Source: an uncultured Bacilli bacterium (GTDB lineage: Bacteria > Bacillota_I > Bacilli_A > RFN20 > CAG-288). Taken from it: DNA of 64,000 nucleotides. The position numbers and the translations under genes were made by a program. Of the stretch, positions 36,830 through 46,800 are shown in pieces. How positions within the stretch are numbered: position 1 is the first letter of the stretch; the number at the start of each line of letters is the position of its first letter. Location of the stretch: NCBI GenBank assembly GCA_944372245.1, contig CALVYN010000002.1:4065-68064 (forward strand), in the 5' to 3' direction. A model generated the notes under the pieces. The model saw nothing but the letters and a program-made list of their open reading frames with translations, was not told where the DNA came from and did no database searches.

Positions 36830-37348
36830 ATGTCCAGCGATGAGATACTGAGTGCTCTGCGCGCCATGAAGAGCGGTGATATGGACGGCTTCGAGCCGTT
36901 CTACGAGCAGACCAAGCGCATGGTCTTCTTCGCAGCCAAGGCGGTCCTGAAGGACAACGCCCGCTCCGAGGATGTCATGCAGGATGTCTATATCCGTTTC
37001 CTGGAGATGCTCGACCGCATCGAGGAGGACCGCGGGGTCGTCGGTCTGCTGGTCAAGATGGCGCGCAATCTCGCTCTCAATATCCTCGAGCGCGAGCAGC
37101 GCTCCGTCGAGCTGGACGAGAACCTCCACGGGTCCATCTCCGCGACTGACAATCTGGGTTCCGACCTCTTTGAGCGCATGCGCAAGCTCCTGGATGACGA
37201 TGAGTACGAAATCGTGATCCTGCACGTCGTGGATGAGCTCAAGCACCGGGAGATTGCCGAGATGATGTCGCTTCCGCTGGGGACTGTGACCTGGAAGTAC
37301 AACCGTGCCATCGCCAAGCTGCAGAAAGGATTGGGTGATCTGAGATGA
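36830..37348 (+). CDS. ECF-family RNA polymerase sigma factor (sigma-70 regions 2 and 4)
   Basis: Region 2 DVMQDVYIRFLE, region 4 HTH REIAEMMSLPLGTVTWKYNRAIAKLQ; start at MSSDE. Confidence 0.8.
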   Translation: MSSDEILSALRAMKSGDMDGFEPFYEQTKRMVFFAAKAVLKDNARSEDVMQDVYIRFLEMLDRIEEDRGVVGLLVKMARNLALNILEREQRSVELDENLHGSISATDNLGSDLFERMRKLLDDDEYEIVILHVVDELKHREIAEMMSLPLGTVTWKYNRAIAKLQKGLGDLR

Positions 37349-38394
37349 ACGAGAACGACATCGAAAGGCTCATCCGCGAGGAGAGTCAGCGGGTGGAGAT
37401 CAAGACCACCGCCGCCTCGATCCTCGAGCGCTACCGCATCGAGGAGAAGGTGAAGAAGACGTCGAAGAAACCCTGGTATCGTCGCCCCTCCTTCATGGTG
37501 GGCGCCCCGGCTTTCGGCATCGTGGCGGTTCTCTCCATCGGTCTCGGCACCTATTTCGGCCTCGGCGCGGGCGGAGGCGGCCAACCCTCGGTCGGCAGCA
37601 GCGGAGGCGGCCAGGTCGTGATTCCTCTGGGCGACACCAGGATTCAGGCGGCCTCCTATGAGGTTCTAGCCGGCATGAGCTTCATCGGCTCAACGGGCAG
37701 CGATACTCAGGCCGCAGCTGTCAGGCGTGCCCGGCAGGTCAGCGAGACGCAGTTTGAGCAGATCTGTGCCGCCTTCGATAGCCACTACGGGATGATTGCC
37801 ACCTTGGAGTCCTACTCCGCTAGCGGCTTCGTCTACACCCCTATCGCTTCCGACGACCCCTCGATGCCCTACTGCATCCAGATCGCCGACTTCAAGTTCT
37901 ACTACGATGCACCGCTGCAGGACGAGGATGAGACGCTGATCCAGGGCTACACCACCACTCTGGATGGCCAGCGCCTGCAGACTGTCCGCATCGAGAGCGA
38001 GCAGGAGTATGAGCCCGGCGAGAGTGAGAGCGAGATCGAGGTCACGCTGATCAGCGCCGACGGAACCTCGGTGACCATCGCTCAGACCAACGAGAGCGAG
38101 GGCAGCGAGTCCGAGGATGAGTTCTCCCTCATCCAGCGCGATGCCCGCGGCCGCGAGCTGACCGAGATTAGCTTCCAGCTGGAGAGCGAGCACGGCCAGA
38201 CCGAGAAGACCTTCGACATCGAGGTGTCCGAAGGGCGAGAGCTCGAGTGGTCCTACACCATCTTCGATGAGACTTCCACGAGCATGAAGCTCGCCTTCGA
38301 GGGCGAGGATGGGGAGATCTCCTATCGCAATCCTATCCTGGTCGAGCTCGACCCTCGGGTCTACACCTATGGCGAGCTGGAGTATCGGCCCTAG
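37345..38394 (+). CDS. Putative membrane-anchored anti-sigma factor (single TM, acidic Glu-rich extracytoplasmic domain)
   Basis: 4-nt overlap with sigma-factor stop; TM AFGIVAVLSIGLGTYFGL; no enzymatic motif. Confidence 0.5.
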   Translation: MNENDIERLIREESQRVEIKTTAASILERYRIEEKVKKTSKKPWYRRPSFMVGAPAFGIVAVLSIGLGTYFGLGAGGGGQPSVGSSGGGQVVIPLGDTRIQAASYEVLAGMSFIGSTGSDTQAAAVRRARQVSETQFEQICAAFDSHYGMIATLESYSASGFVYTPIASDDPSMPYCIQIADFKFYYDAPLQDEDETLIQGYTTTLDGQRLQTVRIESEQEYEPGESESEIEVTLISADGTSVTIAQTNESEGSESEDEFSLIQRDARGRELTEISFQLESEHGQTEKTFDIEVSEGRELEWSYTIFDETSTSMKLAFEGEDGEISYRNPILVELDPRVYTYGELEYRP

Positions 38395-38439
38395 ATAGCT
38401 TGAGAGGCTACAGCGGAGTTTGGGCTCTCTGCCCGAAGT

Positions 38440-39130
38440 CTGTTGCAGCCTTTTTAAGTGGAGATTCAGAAACTGAGTCACAGAAGTAGGTGTGCAGATA
38501 GTAGAAAATTAGTATTTTCATAATTCGATGTTTTGAACTCTTAAAATGAGCCCAAAACGTTCTGAAAGATGTCGTTTACCTGTGTAGATTGTCAGTTTGA
38601 GTCTCGTGGCCCTAGGTGTGTATTGTAAGAAACTGAGTTTCAGCCCATTTTTCAGGTGTGTAGATAGTATTTGGACATATTCAAAGTGTGCAGATAGTAG
38701 CAAATTAGTATTTTCAAGAGCAAAATTTTTGATATTCAAAGACGGCCTTTTCGTGGCTTAAACTGATTAAAAACATCTCATTTACCTGTGTAGATTGTTG
38801 ATTTTCAGCCCCGATTTTCTCGGGTGTGTATTGTAAGCGGCAGAGGGGCCCAGGTGTGCAGATAGTATTTGGGCATATTCGAGGTGTGCAGATAGTATGA
38901 AATTAGTATTTGGTTTCTCTAAAAAATACACTTTTGACACAGGCTTTCCCTGGAGTCGAGTGCACAGTTTAAGTGAGTCTTTCGTGGGTTTTCTTCTATA
39001 TAGATAGAAGTAGCGAGTCCATTCGATTTCAGAGGCTTAGAACAAGTCCGAAAAAAATTTTTAAATTCACCAATAAACTCACCTGCTGGTCGGTATATAG
39101 GGTGCAGGCAGGAAGAAAGACCTGCAAGAG
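38440..39130. repeat. Non-coding tandem repeat array: about 200-bp unit x about 2.3 copies containing 9 copies of motif GTGTG(C/T)A(G/T)AT(A/T)GT(A/C)
   Basis: Motif copies begin at 38490, 38582, 38616, 38656, 38686, 38788, 38824, 38854, 38884; shared blocks attagtatttt and tcatttacctgtgtagattgt repeated in register. Confidence 0.75.
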
Positions 39131-39151
39131 AGAAACAAGGAGCATCAAGAT

Positions 39152-40027
39152 ATGAGAAACAAGATCATCGCCGCCATCGCCCTGCTGGGCACCACCCTGT
39201 CCCTGGCCAGCTGCAAGGGAACCGGAAGCAACCCTAACAGCTCTGGCACCAACGGTGACCTGACCGCTCAGGCCGAGTCTCAGGTCGCTTTCCAGATGGT
39301 GACCGCCTCCTCCCTCCTCCCCAGCCTCGGCATCGTCAATCGCGCCATCGACCCCGCCCACCAGAATATCCTCGACCGCGCTGAGCAGATCGAGCTGTTC
39401 TTCCTCAACACCGCCGACTCCATCAAGGTGACCGCTCAGGCTTCCGACCGCCCCGAGTACGAGCACATGGAGGTCGTCACCTACCTCGACGATGTGGATG
39501 AGACCAGTCGGATGACCTTCTACTACAACTCCTTCAACCACACCGAGCACGACGACTGGGACGAGATGGAGTCCGAATCCTTCATGAATGGCATCGTCCT
39601 CGTCGGTGACCAGGAGCTCCCCTTCATCGCGGAGAGCGAGTCCGAGAGCGAGGGCTGGGACGAGGAGGAGTCTTCTCTCGAGGTGAAGATCTTCACCGGC
39701 GAGACCCGCCGCAGCTTCGTCTCCGCCAAGCGCGAGATCGAGATAGAGGACTTCGAGCGCGAGGAGAGCTATGTCTACACCGCGGTGGAGAATGGCCGCG
39801 TGGTGGAGTCCTACGAGCTGGAGCGGGAGAATGACGACGGAGCCGAAGAGACCGAGATCAACATCGTCGAGAACGGTCAGATCTATGCGGTCAAGTTCCT
39901 CACCCGCCGCGGCGTCACCTACATCCAGATCGCCTCGCGCGGCCCTCAGGGTCGCGACTGGGCCACCTACGAGCGGGTGGAGAACGCCGACGGCACCTAC
40001 ACCTACAACCAGGTCCAGACCTGGTAG
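39152..40027 (+). CDS. Lipoprotein with acidic Glu-rich domain
   Basis: Lipobox LSLASC (Cys20) after signal peptide; C-terminal composition resembles extracytoplasmic domain of the neighbouring anti-sigma factor. Confidence 0.6.
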   Translation: MRNKIIAAIALLGTTLSLASCKGTGSNPNSSGTNGDLTAQAESQVAFQMVTASSLLPSLGIVNRAIDPAHQNILDRAEQIELFFLNTADSIKVTAQASDRPEYEHMEVVTYLDDVDETSRMTFYYNSFNHTEHDDWDEMESESFMNGIVLVGDQELPFIAESESESEGWDEEESSLEVKIFTGETRRSFVSAKREIEIEDFEREESYVYTAVENGRVVESYELERENDDGAEETEINIVENGQIYAVKFLTRRGVTYIQIASRGPQGRDWATYERVENADGTYTYNQVQTW

Positions 40028-40146
40028 TAGAGCAGATCAATCAGTTTTCAACCGATAGCGAAAGATAGGAGAGGGTTGCCCTCTCCTATCTTTGATGTCC
40101 ACGTAAATCTGATACCCTTTTAGGCCGAGGATAGGAGGCTGGGCGG

Positions 40147-40854
40147 ATGGGTAAGATACTGAAGAATGTCACGGGAGGGAGCAGCGATTTCTTTCGGCAG
40201 CTCCTCGATCCGGAGGATGACAACATCCTGACTCTGATGGATGAGGATGGAAACCCTGCTCGCTTCGAGCAGATCTTCATCACCAGCGGCACGACCCTGC
40301 CGGGATGGCGCGAGCTGGGAATCAAGCCCGGCTGGCTTTATGTCGTCGTCCATCCCCTGGATGAGGAGAGCTGCTCGGACAATCAGGCCTTCGTCCTGCG
40401 GGTCTCTAGAGATCCCGACGGCCAGGACCGCGAGGCCTATGAGGACAACCCTGCCATCATCGAGAAGATCACCGAGCGCTATCTCGCCGCCCTCACGGGT
40501 GCGAGCGTCGAGACCGCCGCCGATGAGCCCTCGCTGAGGGAGATCGTGACCGATATGGATAATCTCCTCCCCGTTCGTCTGAAGGACCAGGATGGGAACG
40601 ACCTGTTCTTCGAGCAGCTCGCCGTCATCCCCGGCGATGAGATCTCCGACTTCGAGAGCCTGGGCATCGATCCCGATGACCTCTATCTGGTCCTCAAATC
40701 CCTCCGGCCCATCGAGCAGGCGGAGAATGCCGACGGCTGCCTCATCTATCGCCTCGAGGGCGACGACAACCTCTCGCTGGAGGAAGACGTGGAGAGGGTT
40801 CAGGCGGTGTATAGCAAATATCTTTTGATGGTCGCTCAGGCGGCTAGCGAGTAG
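40147..40854 (+). CDS. Tandem DUF1292 domain protein
   Basis: Two copies of the DUF1292-like pattern (ILTLMDEDGNPARFEQIFIT...YVVV and LLPVRLKDQDGNDLFFEQLAVI...LYLVLK). Confidence 0.55.
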   Translation: MGKILKNVTGGSSDFFRQLLDPEDDNILTLMDEDGNPARFEQIFITSGTTLPGWRELGIKPGWLYVVVHPLDEESCSDNQAFVLRVSRDPDGQDREAYEDNPAIIEKITERYLAALTGASVETAADEPSLREIVTDMDNLLPVRLKDQDGNDLFFEQLAVIPGDEISDFESLGIDPDDLYLVLKSLRPIEQAENADGCLIYRLEGDDNLSLEEDVERVQAVYSKYLLMVAQAASE

Positions 40855-41506
40855 CGCCGTAGGTGGCGAAGTACTGCTCGATCGCCCTCAGCTGCTCAGC
40901 GGTCAGCACGTCGGGGCGCAACTCTCTCAGATAGGCGACCGCCTCGGGCAGGGAGACGATGGCAAAGCCGGTGATATCGTTTTTCTCGCTGAGCTCAGCC
41001 AAGGCCGAGAGGTCGGAGTCCAGACCCTTCTCAGATCGATTTAGAGCCGCTTCGATGCCGACGATGGTGCAGCCGGTCTGGCGCAGGGCATCGATGCTGC
41101 CCTGGGCGGAGATGCCGGAGGTCACCACATCATCCAGGATGAGGACCCGCTCGCTGGCCTCGATCTTGTGGCCCAGGAAGATGCCCTTATCACCGTGGTC
41201 CTTCTCCTCCTTGCGCATGGAGGAGTAGGCCAGGTCCTGGCCCGTCAGGCGGGAATACTCCATCACGGTGCCAGCCGCCAGGGGGATGCCCTTGTAGGCC
41301 GGGCCGAAGATGGTGTCGACCTTCAGATCCTGGTGGATCAGGGCTCTCGCGTAGAACTCGCACAGGCGGGCGAGGGAGCGGCCGGTATTGAAGGAGCCGG
41401 CGTTGAAGAAGAAGGGCGAGCGCCGGCCCGACTTGAGGGTGAAATCTCCGAACTTCAGCGCGCCGATCTCCAGGGCGAAATCGACGAAATCACACTTGAA
41501 CTGTTC
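40844..41506 (-). CDS. pyrE: Orotate phosphoribosyltransferase
   Basis: PRPP-binding motif VLILDDVVTSGIS; start at MEQFKC; end of pyr operon. Confidence 0.85.
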   Translation of the reverse strand, partial: EQFKCDFVDFALEIGALKFGDFTLKSGRRSPFFFNAGSFNTGRSLARLCEFYARALIHQDLKVDTIFGPAYKGIPLAAGTVMEYSRLTGQDLAYSSMRKEEKDHGDKGIFLGHKIEASERVLILDDVVTSGISAQGSIDALRQTGCTIVGIEAALNRSEKGLDSDLSALAELSEKNDITGFAIVSLPEAVAYLRELRPDVLTAEQLRAIEQYFATYGATR

Positions 41507-41510
41507 CATG

Positions 41511-42215
41511 CTATTCCTCCATCTCTCGCTCCGCCTCAGCATAGGCCGCCAACGGATCGGCGGCGCTGGTGATCGAGCGGCCGACGACGATCATGTCGGC
41601 CCCCTGCGCTTTGGCAAAGCCCGGGGTTGCGACCCGCTTCTGGTCGCCCTTGGCGTCGGTGGCAAAGCGGATGCCCGGGGTCACCGCCAGGAAGTCAGAA
41701 CCGCCAGCCCGTTTGACCGCGCCGGCCTCGTAGGGGGAGCAGACGCAGCCATCCAGGCCACAATCCTTGGCGAGCCTAGCGAGATGTTCCACCTCGACGA
41801 GGGGTGAAACACCGATATTTAATTCCTCTCTCAGCGCCTTCTCATCCAGCGAGGTCAGGACGGTCACACCGAGGCAGAGGGGCCGGGCCTTACCCTTGGA
41901 ACCCTCCGCCAGACCCTCGATGGCGGCCCGCATCATGGCCGAGCCGCCCAGGCACATCAGGTCGACCATGTCGGCCCCGTAGCCGGCCAGGTCGCGCATG
42001 GCGCCCTTGACTGTGTTGGGGATGTCGTTGACCTTCAGGTCGAGGAAGACCCGATGGCCCAGAGCCTTGATCTGGCTGACGATGTCCGGACCGGCGGCAT
42101 AGAAGAGCTCCATGCCGACCTTGGCCCAGATGGGGTGCGTGAACTGCTTGAGGAAATCCAGCGCCTTCTGGCCGCTGGGGAAATCGAGTGCGACGATGGT
42201 GCGCGTATCAATCAT
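41511..42215 (-). CDS. pyrF: Orotidine 5'-phosphate decarboxylase
   Basis: IVALDFP and FLDLKVNDIPNTV catalytic motifs. Confidence 0.85.
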   Translation of the reverse strand: MIDTRTIVALDFPSGQKALDFLKQFTHPIWAKVGMELFYAAGPDIVSQIKALGHRVFLDLKVNDIPNTVKGAMRDLAGYGADMVDLMCLGGSAMMRAAIEGLAEGSKGKARPLCLGVTVLTSLDEKALREELNIGVSPLVEVEHLARLAKDCGLDGCVCSPYEAGAVKRAGGSDFLAVTPGIRFATDAKGDQKRVATPGFAKAQGADMIVVGRSITSAADPLAAYAEAEREMEE

Positions 42216-43125
42216 GTCTGTGAACCCTCCCGATGATATCTTGAATCCTCTCTACTCTCAGCTTGGCTAGAAGCGCCTCGAGATCTCTGTGGATCTTCAT
42301 GAAGACCTCGGGCTGCCTCAGCGCGGCCGCTCCGATCTGGACGGCGCTGGCTCCCGCCATCATCATCTCGACCACGTCGCGGGCGCTGGCGATGCCGCCC
42401 ACGCCCACCACGGGGATGCTGACGGCCTGGCTGACCAAGAAGACGTTCTTGACCGCCATGGGGAAGACCGCGGGGCCGGAGAAGCCGCCGATGCACTTGG
42501 CCATGACCGGCCGGCCTCTAGCGATGTCGATCCGCATGCCCGTATAGGTGTTGCAGCAGACCAGGCCATCGGCGCCGCAGTCCTGGGCCGTCCGGGCGAT
42601 CAGGGCGATGTCGGCCACCTCGGGCTTTAGCTTGACCAGGAGCGGACGCCTGGTCAGACCTCTGACCTGGCTCATGATCGTCCGGATGCCCTCCGGGGTC
42701 GAGGCCAGAGCCAGACCGTGGTCGCCGACGTTGGGGCAGGAGAGGTTCAGCTCGTACATGTCAAAGCCCCCGTGAGCCTCCGCGATGCGGATGCAGGAAG
42801 CGTACTCCTCGGGCGAAAAGCCGGCGATGGACAGGATGATGGGGAGATTCCTCCCCTGAAGATTATCCAGTTCCTCCGCCATGACCCGCTCGATGCCGGG
42901 GTTGGCCAAACCGATGCTGTTCAGCATGCCGGCAGGGGTCTCAGCAACCCTGCAACCCTCGTTTCCATCGCGAGGATGGAGCGTGGCGGATTTGGTGACG
43001 AAAGCGCCGAGACATCTGCTGTCGACCACCTGGAAAAACTCCTGGCCATAGCCCGCACAACCTGAGGCGGTCAATAGGGGTGAGGACAGCTTCAGACCGC
43101 AGAGTTCCGTCGTCAGATCGCTCAT
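42208..43125 (-). CDS. pyrD: Dihydroorotate dehydrogenase, catalytic subunit (class 1B)
   Basis: Full-length similarity, LLTASGCAGYG N-terminal motif; paired with pyrK. Confidence 0.9.
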   Translation of the reverse strand: MSDLTTELCGLKLSSPLLTASGCAGYGQEFFQVVDSRCLGAFVTKSATLHPRDGNEGCRVAETPAGMLNSIGLANPGIERVMAEELDNLQGRNLPIILSIAGFSPEEYASCIRIAEAHGGFDMYELNLSCPNVGDHGLALASTPEGIRTIMSQVRGLTRRPLLVKLKPEVADIALIARTAQDCGADGLVCCNTYTGMRIDIARGRPVMAKCIGGFSGPAVFPMAVKNVFLVSQAVSIPVVGVGGIASARDVVEMMMAGASAVQIGAAALRQPEVFMKIHRDLEALLAKLRVERIQDIIGRVHRHD

Positions 43126-43865
43126 TTCAGCTCCACCTCCTCAGCGTCGAACACGGGGCCATCCTCGCAGATTTTGAGGGTGCCCCTCCCCTCGGGTCGG
43201 TCTACCCGGCAGGCGTTGCACACGCCCCAGCCGCAGCCCATGTGGCTCTCTAAGGAGACATAGACCCTAGCGAACTTTCCCTTGACTGCCTGCAATAGCG
43301 GCTGGGGTCCGCAGGCGAAGGCGGTCCAGCCGGAGGGAACCTCGGCGGTGGCCGCCGCGACGGGATTGCCCCGATAGCCGAGGCTTCCGTCCATGGTGCA
43401 GATGGTGGTCTCCACCCCGGCGCGCTCGAACTCCTCCCTGAGGATCACATCCGCAGCCCGATTGAAGCCGAGGAAGGCGCGGACCGGCCCGCTGTGATCC
43501 TCTAGCTGGCTGGCGACCGCCAGAAGGGGGGCGACGCCGACCCCACCGCCGATCAGGACCAGAGGGCCCTCCACCGCAGGAAAGCCCCGACCCAGCGGGC
43601 CGCGCAGCATCAGGGGCGTGTGGGGTTCGAGGCCCGCGAGGATCTCGGTGCCCTCGCCGACCCTCTGGATGGCGAAGGTTATCCGCCTCCCCTCGCAGGA
43701 TATCGGGGCGAAGGGCCTGAGGAGGAAGTGGCCGGGGACCTCGACCATCATGAACTGGCCGGGCTGGACGCTCACCGGCTGGTCGGTCTCCATCTCGAGG
43801 GTGAAGACTGTCGTCGTGAGGGGCTCGACCCTGAGCACCCGGCTCGTTAGGAGGCGGTTGTTCAT
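43122..43865 (-). CDS. pyrK: Dihydroorotate dehydrogenase electron-transfer subunit
   Basis: FAD/NAD-binding fold and C-terminal 2Fe-2S Cys cluster CGWGVCNACRV. Confidence 0.85.
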   Translation of the reverse strand: MNNRLLTSRVLRVEPLTTTVFTLEMETDQPVSVQPGQFMMVEVPGHFLLRPFAPISCEGRRITFAIQRVGEGTEILAGLEPHTPLMLRGPLGRGFPAVEGPLVLIGGGVGVAPLLAVASQLEDHSGPVRAFLGFNRAADVILREEFERAGVETTICTMDGSLGYRGNPVAAATAEVPSGWTAFACGPQPLLQAVKGKFARVYVSLESHMGCGWGVCNACRVDRPEGRGTLKICEDGPVFDAEEVELK

Positions 43866-46800
43866 GCTTCCCTCCTCTCGCCCAGGGGCCGGACGATGAA
43901 GCTCTTGTCCCTCAGAACCTCCAAGAGGGCGGAGGCCGTATCCAGGCAGGTCATGCAGAAGACGCCGTTCTCCCAGGCTACGCGGCGGATGAGGAAGCCA
44001 TCCAGAGAGGCGCGGCGGTCCTGGAAGGGCTGGGTGTTGATGACGAAGGTGACCTTGGAGGAGCGAAGCAGCTCCAAGCAGTCGGGATAGCCCTGGTTCT
44101 TCGGGTCGCCGACCTTGGAGGAGTAGAAGACGTTGATGCCGTTCTCTCTGAGGAAGTCGGCGGTGCCGGGGGTGGCGTAGATGCCATAGCCCATGTTGTA
44201 GAAGCCCTGGGCGATTGGGAGCATCTCGTCCTTGTCCTCGTCGGCGACGGTGAAGAGGACGTTGCCGGTGAAGGGGACCTTCACGCCCATGCCCATCAGA
44301 GCCTTGCGCAGGGCCTTGGCGAAGGTCTCATCCGCACCGAAGCTCTCGCCGGTCGACTTCATCTCGGGGGAGAGGGTGGTGTCGACCGAGCGGAGCTTGC
44401 TGAAGGAGAAGACCGGGCACTTGACCGAGATCCAGCCCGGGGTGACCGGGGCCAGACCCGGCGTCAGGCCCTGGTCCTTCAAGGATTCGCCCATCATGCA
44501 GCGGGTCGCGATCTCGCACATGGGGATGTCGGTGACCTTGGAGAGGAAGGGGACGGTGCGCGAGGAGCGGGGGTTGACCTCGAGGATGTAGACCTCACCC
44601 TCGTGGGAGACGTCGAACTGGATGTTGAACAGGCCGACGATGCGCATGCTCCTGCCGATGGCGGTCGCATACTCGACGATCCTGTCGGTCACCGCCTTCG
44701 ATAGGCCCAGAGGGGGATAGATCGAGATCGAGTCGCCCGAGTGGATGCCGGCCCGCTCGACCTGTGACATGATGCCGGGAATCAGGACGTCCTGGCCGTC
44801 GGAGATGGCGTCAATCTCCACCTCGCGGCCCTGGATGTACTGGTCGATGAGGATGGGGGAGTCGTGGGTAATCTCTCTGACCGCCGTGGTGGCGTACTGG
44901 CGCAGCTGCTCGTCGTTTCTCACCACCTGCATGGCTCTGCCGCCCAGGACGTAGGAGGGGCGGACGATGACGGGGTAGCCGATGCGGTGGGCGATGGCGA
45001 TGGCCTCCTCGGGGGTGAAGGCGGTGTCGCCCTCGGGCCGGGGCATGCCCATGCGCTCCATCAGCGCCTCGAAGCGGGCGCGGTCCTCGGCATCGTCGAT
45101 GCCGTCCATGTCGGTGCCGAGGATCTTTATGCCCCGCTCGACCAGGGCCCGGGCGAGGTTGATGGCGGTCTGGCCGCCGAACTGGACCACCACGCCCAGA
45201 GGCTTCTCAAACTCGATGACGTTGAGCACGCTCTCCAGGTCCAGAGGCTCGAAGTAGAGGCGGTCGGCCACCGTGAAGTCGGTGGAGACGGTCTCGGGAT
45301 TGTTGTTGATGCAGATGGCGGTGTAGCCTAGCTCCTTCAGGGCGCTCACGCAGTGGACGGTGGCAAAGTCGAACTCGACGCCCTGGCCGATGCGGATGGG
45401 GCCCGAGCCGATGACTAGGACCTTCTTCCCCCTGGCCGGCTCGATCTCGTTTCTGCCGCAGGCGGTCGCGTAGAAGTAGGGAGTCAGCGAGGTGAACTCG
45501 CCGGCGCAGGTGTCGACCATCTTGAAGGCGGGGACGATCCCGTTTTCCCGCTCCAGGTGGCGGACCTGGTCGAAGCTGTGGTGGGTCAGGCGGGCGATCT
45601 GGCTGTCTGCAAAGCCCATCCTCTTAGCTTTACTTAGAAGTTGGATATCCTCAGGATTGTTCTTCAGCTCGGACTCCATGCGGACGATATTCTCGATCGC
45701 ATCGAGGAAGAACATATCGATCCCGGTCCGCTCGTGGACTGCGGTCTCATCGTAGCCGCGGCGGAAGAGCTCGGCGATGACCCAGAGGCGGCGGTCGTCC
45801 TTCTCGTCCATCCTAGCCAGCAGTTGGCCGATGGAGAGATTTGCCAGGGAGGCATCCTCCAGGCTGTCGCACTTGTTCTCCAGGGAGCGGATGGCCTTGT
45901 TGAGGCTCTCCTCGAGGGTGCGGCCCAGGGCCATGGTCTCGCCGGTGGCCTTCATCTGGGTGCCGAGGCGCCGGTCGGCGTCCTCGAACTTGTCGAAGGG
46001 GAAGCGGGGGAACTTGGTGACCACGTAGTCGATCGCCGCCTCGAAGTCGGCCGAGGTCGAACCGGTGACCGGATTGACGATCTCGTCCAGGTTCAGCCCG
46101 ACCGCCAGCTTGGCGGAGATGCGGGCGATGGGATAGCCGGTCGCCTTGGAGGCTAGGGCGGAGGAGCGGGAGACGCGAGGGTTGACCTCGATGACGCAGT
46201 ACTCGAAGCTCTGGGGATTCAGAGCCAGCTGGACGTTGCAGCCACCGCAGATGCCGAGCGCTCGGATGATCCTCAGGGAGACGTCGCGCAGGAGCTGATT
46301 CTCCCGGTCGGTCAGCGTCTGCAGCGGGGCGACGACGACCGAGTCGCCGGTGTGGATGCCGACGGGGTCGACGTTTTCCATGGCGCACACGACGATGGCG
46401 TTGTCCCTCTGGTCGCGCATGACCTCGTACTCGATCTCCTTCCAGCCGGTCAGGCTCCGCTCGACCAGACAGCGGTGGACGGGGGAGACGGAGAGACCCG
46501 ACTCGGCGATATCCCTGAGCTCCTCGGGGTCCTTGGCGAAGCCGCCGCCGGTGCCACCCAGGGTGTAGAAGGGGCGCACGACCACGGGATAGCCGATATC
46601 CTGGGCCGCCGCCAGGGCCTGCTCGACGGTGCTGACCTCCTCGCTGGGAGCCACTGGCTCGCCCAGGCGGGCCATCAGCTCCTTGAAGCGCTCGCGGTCG
46701 GAGGCCTTGTCGATGGCATCCATGTCGGTGCCGATGACCTTGACCCCGTACTTATCCAGGATCCCCTCCTTGGCTAGAGCCACGGTCAGGTTGAGGCCGA

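Noticed and set aside
38440-39130. Possibility that the repeat array is a CRISPR array
   Set aside because: The repeats are short (14 nt), imperfect and irregularly spaced within a larger 200-bp duplicated unit. There is no constant repeat/spacer periodicity and no cas genes in the window.
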